Shown piece after piece: positions 63,614 to 64,000 of a stretch of 64,000 nucleotides of DNA. The stretch's first letter is position 1, and the number at the start of each line of letters is the position of its first letter. Source of the stretch: an uncultured Nitrososphaerales archaeon (GTDB lineage Archaea; Thermoproteota; Nitrososphaeria; Nitrososphaerales; Nitrososphaeraceae); NCBI GenBank assembly GCA_963713605.1, contig CAVQMO010000010.1:768001-832000 (forward strand), written 5' to 3'. The translations under genes and the position numbers were made by a program. Below the pieces are notes generated by a model, which saw only the letters and a program-made list of their open reading frames with translations, was not told where the DNA came from and made no database searches.

Positions 63614-63850
63614 CTAATCTATTTCCGACTGAATTTCGGACATTCTTCGTCTCAAGGCTTCATAGTATGGGATCACTTGATCAATAGTTTCAACGGTAGA
63701 AACAAAAATCCTGCGACAGCAGTATCGATATATTCCTAATGAGTCCATTATTTTTGCAGGATCTTCTCCAGATTTGACCCTTGATACATATTCTGAATAC
63801 TTATCCGCAACTAGGGTACCGCAAGTAAAACAACGAACGGGAACAAGCAT
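63614..63850 (-). CDS. rpoN: DNA-directed RNA polymerase subunit N (Rpo10)
   Basis: 'MLVPVRCFTCG...LG..RYCCRR'. Confidence 0.97.
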   Translation of the reverse strand: MLVPVRCFTCGTLVADKYSEYVSRVKSGEDPAKIMDSLGIYRYCCRRIFVSTVETIDQVIPYYEALRRRMSEIQSEID

Positions 63851-64000
63851 CTTACCTAGTATCGTTGGCTCGATAATAAAAACCATCTGCAAATTAAGGC
63901 TGAATTATAATATGGCCGGGTCAAGCTCGAGCTATGACAAATTAATTTCAATGATTCGAACAGTTATATTCAAATTACTCTGAACTGTCGAAATTTATTG

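Overview
A 64-kb, mostly core-genome segment from an ammonia-oxidising archaeon (Nitrososphaerota/Thaumarchaeota, probably soil-type Nitrososphaeraceae). This assignment is inferred from archaeal PriS/PriL, Rpo10, an Sm protein, IPK/Fni, bacterial-type MetK and UvrABC, amt-PII genes, MEDS and PsbP-like proteins, and anaerobic cobalamin genes. Contents: Lsm-metK; cbiD-cbiG-cbiX-cbiC and cbiA; uvrBAC; a small accessory patch (isochorismatase, USP with an in-frame amber stop, Mesh1-like HD hydrolase); a FixAB-FixCX operon; amt with two PII genes; a nucleotide-sugar dehydrogenase, mtnA, a DUF59-PqqD/RRE fusion and a TrmB/NpmA-like methyltransferase; priL-priS-zinc-finger ORF; glyS; fpr; a GDGT ring synthase (Grs)-like radical SAM enzyme; tRNA-Ala(GGC); a UbiE-like/UbiA-like/UbiC-like cluster with a divergent kinase-fold gene; and the conserved rpoN-eno-rps2-MEMO1-mvk-ipk-fni-idsA-gltX superoperon. 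Many genes, including essential ones, are broken by small indels, which points to uncorrected sequencing/assembly errors rather than real pseudogenes. No CRISPR array, rRNA, transposase or integrase was seen. The best candidates for undescribed biology are the UbiE/UbiA/UbiC/kinase cluster (possible unknown prenylated-aromatic or lipid pathway) and the DUF59-RRE fusion. All family calls come from motif recognition by eye; no database searches were run.
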